A DNA stretch of 64,000 nt. It comes from a virus. Both the position numbers and the translations under genes were made by a program. The number at the start of each line of letters is the position of its first letter. Within the stretch, counting starts at the first letter, position 1. The notes under the pieces are model-generated. The model did no database searches. It was not told where the DNA came from and saw only the letters and a list, made by a program, of their open reading frames with translations. Positions 61,456 to 64,000 of this stretch are shown here, one piece after another. The stretch covers positions 1 to 64,000 of the IMG/VR virus record IMGVR_UViG_3300037149_000105, one strand, 5' to 3'.

Positions 61456-62958
61456 ATGAGTTTTTGGCGTATTTTTCACAATCTGATCCGGCATGATGAC
61501 ACTCCGGACGAGGTTCAAAGGGCTACGTATGCCTGTGAATGGCTATCAGAGAACGGTATACGACTAAGGAAAATCTGTTCGCCGCAGCAGACTGAGATTA
61601 TTTCTTGCATCGGTCAGTTTTGGTTTAAGCAGAAGACCGCCCCGTCTTATAAGATCCTTCGAGAAACCTTAGAGCGAAACTCTATAGTTATGGGAGTGGT
61701 CGATGTAATTGCCGAATATGAATCTGAAGAGGGTCTTCAGCTTCACGGACTGAGCGATTTGGGTCAACTTCTCACCGACTTCCAGGAGGAATGGAAGCGG
61801 GAACGACTCGCTGGGGTAATTAAAACCGTCAGAGCTATAAACAATAGTTCGTGGACGGACCCAACTTCTAAGAAGGTGCATTCTGGAGCCTCAGATGCCC
61901 TAAAATATCTTTTACAACAGATTGAGACTGGGGTCATCATGACCAACAACCAGTCTCTCAGTGGGGCTCTGAACGACATGGCTGGGGAGATCATGAGTAT
62001 TTACGAAAAAAATAAGGCGGATCGCATGGCAGGAAGCATCAGAATTATGACCGGCATCGCCGCAATCGATATTTGTGTGCCCATCAAACGTGGTGATTGC
62101 GTGGGGGTGCTGGGGTACGCAGGACAGCGCAAGTCTACCCTTTGCCGCACCTTCGCTTACAATGCAGCCGTGCAAGGGTTTAACGTTCTACACGTGACGC
62201 TTGAGCAGACTTATGATGAGGAACGGATCATTTATGCGTTGATCCATTCGGCTGACAAGAGGTTTGCCAGCTATGGTATCCAGCCCACAAAAAAGAGGTT
62301 TGATGACGGGTTGCTTACCACAGAAGAAGAAAAGTTCTTAAAGGAAGTGGTGCTGCCAGATTTGGAGCAAAACCTCCTGGGGCGGCTCATCATCCGTCAG
62401 CCCACCGATGGAAGTTCCTGGAGCAACATCAAGATGATGGCCGAAATGACCAATCAGACCACTCCTCTGGACATGCTTTTCGTGGATTACTTGACTATCA
62501 CAGCCACGGCTTCAACTTATGATTCCAAAGCGGAAATGGAGATGAACATCAAGGATGCAAAACAGACAGCCCTGCAATTTGATAATGGGCGCAGCATCGT
62601 CTTCCTCACTCCAATTCAAGGAAACCGTAAAGGGTACGACGAAGCCAAGGATACGGGGGGTGTGTGGGACATTACTGGTATCAACCAATACTCTGAGTTT
62701 GACAAATCTTTCGACACCATCTTTACCACATTTCTCGGTGATGCCCTCCCAGGCGATGTGGGAAATCAGATGGCCGTATCGACCGTCAAGACCCGCAGAT
62801 GCCCCCCTATGCCCCTTACCAACCTCGCAGTCGATGTCGATGTGGGTCGGGTGGGGGATATGGAGGGTTCGAGTGGTGAGGGTTCGACCTATGATGAGTT
62901 GGCAACAATCAAAGAACAGCACCTCCGCACAGAGGAAAATGCGGTTCCATTTGATTAA
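61456..62958 (+). CDS. DnaB-like replicative helicase
   Basis: IMTGI..ID, GYAGQRKST, VTLEQ, FVDYL, PIQGNRKG, VKTR. Confidence 0.8.
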   Translation: MSFWRIFHNLIRHDDTPDEVQRATYACEWLSENGIRLRKICSPQQTEIISCIGQFWFKQKTAPSYKILRETLERNSIVMGVVDVIAEYESEEGLQLHGLSDLGQLLTDFQEEWKRERLAGVIKTVRAINNSSWTDPTSKKVHSGASDALKYLLQQIETGVIMTNNQSLSGALNDMAGEIMSIYEKNKADRMAGSIRIMTGIAAIDICVPIKRGDCVGVLGYAGQRKSTLCRTFAYNAAVQGFNVLHVTLEQTYDEERIIYALIHSADKRFASYGIQPTKKRFDDGLLTTEEEKFLKEVVLPDLEQNLLGRLIIRQPTDGSSWSNIKMMAEMTNQTTPLDMLFVDYLTITATASTYDSKAEMEMNIKDAKQTALQFDNGRSIVFLTPIQGNRKGYDEAKDTGGVWDITGINQYSEFDKSFDTIFTTFLGDALPGDVGNQMAVSTVKTRRCPPMPLTNLAVDVDVGRVGDMEGSSGEGSTYDELATIKEQHLRTEENAVPFD

Positions 62959-62966
62959 GGGGTAAA

Positions 62967-63239
62967 ATGTCAAGAAAGGTCCGAGAACAGGATGTTCTAT
63001 ATGTCATGCAACTCTTGGAAGAGGGCCTAACCTTCGATGAGTCTCCTAAGCTATCAATCAGAGTAAACAATCAGTTCAGACAATGCATACGCTGTGAGGC
63101 GCAGACGCAAGGAAAGGAATGGACACTGGATATTTATGGCAAGCACTTCTTCTACCTGATGATTCCCCCATCCGCCCCTTGTGTGCAAGACAATGTTCGA
63201 TCCTTGCTGTTACATATGCAAGCTCACCTGTTGAGGTAA
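62967..63239 (+). CDS. Hypothetical protein
   Basis: 90-aa ORF in operon. Confidence 0.6.
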   Translation: MSRKVREQDVLYVMQLLEEGLTFDESPKLSIRVNNQFRQCIRCEAQTQGKEWTLDIYGKHFFYLMIPPSAPCVQDNVRSLLLHMQAHLLR

Positions 63240-63241
63240 CG

Positions 63242-63997
63242 ATGACACTCCTACAAGTTCAGACCCTAGACGATCTTATGAAGCTGATGGCCAAGCAAAA
63301 GACCGTCAGCACTAAGGCTGTACGTGACCTCAACCATGAAGTGGAGAGCGTGGCGTTTATCTATAAGCCTGATCATACGTTGTCAGAGATGAGCAATCTG
63401 GATCTCTCCCGCAAGATCACTACTCTCTTGGCAAAGTATACGGAGCAGCCCACCCTGTCTGAATTCTACCAGCACCCTTCTTGGGACAGCGGATTCGTCT
63501 ATGGGGGGAGCTTTGGGGTCAGTGCGGTGGTTGGAACGGTCTTCATGAAAAGTTGGTCTGAAATATTTCCAGAGTTTTCAAAAATCATGCGGTCGGTCAT
63601 GATGCGGGTGCTGGAAGAGCAAAGCAAGGAAGCTTTCAGCGATGAGCCAGCAAATGAAATGTCAATGATAGACCGAATCCTGCCAGCGATGAAATTCACC
63701 ATCAGGGATCAGAATGGTATTGAGATTCTTGGCAAGCAGCGGGACAAGATGATGTATGACCGAGTAGCCAGTCTGCTCCAGCTTATGGCCCAATCGTTCC
63801 TCACTTATGGGGTGCTGGAACTGCCTGAGTCTACAAAACTGGAGCCTGGGCAGCAAATTGCAGCCCGTCTGACTCCTATGGGAAACCGAGCTTACCTCCA
63901 CCTTCGAGACGTTGAAATATATATTTCCGAGGTGGCGGAACTCTACCCACGGCTAACAAAAATCAAACTTGAATCGGAATCTAAAACTCCCCAGTAA
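63242..63997 (+). CDS. Hypothetical protein
   Basis: Likely start ATG 63242 after GAGG, in frame with track ORF 63119-63997. Confidence 0.65.
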   Translation: MTLLQVQTLDDLMKLMAKQKTVSTKAVRDLNHEVESVAFIYKPDHTLSEMSNLDLSRKITTLLAKYTEQPTLSEFYQHPSWDSGFVYGGSFGVSAVVGTVFMKSWSEIFPEFSKIMRSVMMRVLEEQSKEAFSDEPANEMSMIDRILPAMKFTIRDQNGIEILGKQRDKMMYDRVASLLQLMAQSFLTYGVLELPESTKLEPGQQIAARLTPMGNRAYLHLRDVEIYISEVAELYPRLTKIKLESESKTPQ

Positions 63998-64000
63998 TAC

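Overview
This window looks like part of a large (jumbo-type) tailed phage genome with a contractile-tail gene layout. Bases 1-42.5 kb form a minus-strand virion block: tail chaperone-like genes, a tape measure protein with a C-terminal lytic-transglycosylase-like domain, two tube-fold/baseplate genes, hub and spike, then several fibre modules made of Gly-X-Thr collagen-like fibres plus downstream tip proteins, including a duplicated three-gene cassette. Bases 42.7-64 kb are mostly plus-strand: class II ribonucleotide reductase, dUTPase, rIIA/rIIB, RNA ligase, HNH nucleases, a solo TnpB, a fourth collagen fibre, and DinG-like and DnaB-like helicases. Two loci stand out. (1) Three dispersed type I-C-like CRISPR repeats (53163-54567) have different stems but an invariant 11-nt TGGATTGAAAC handle and no cas genes in the window. 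They enclose one 16-nt mini-spacer and sit 16-17 nt before the start codons of a small ORF/RNA ligase unit and an HNH gene. (2) A degenerate, probably nuclease-dead TnpB derivative (42753-44135) is followed by a ~180-nt structured region whose 3' end resembles the right end of the intact TnpB in this window, with compensatory base changes, suggesting a domesticated RNA-guided regulator. All protein assignments come from motif recognition by eye; no searches were run.
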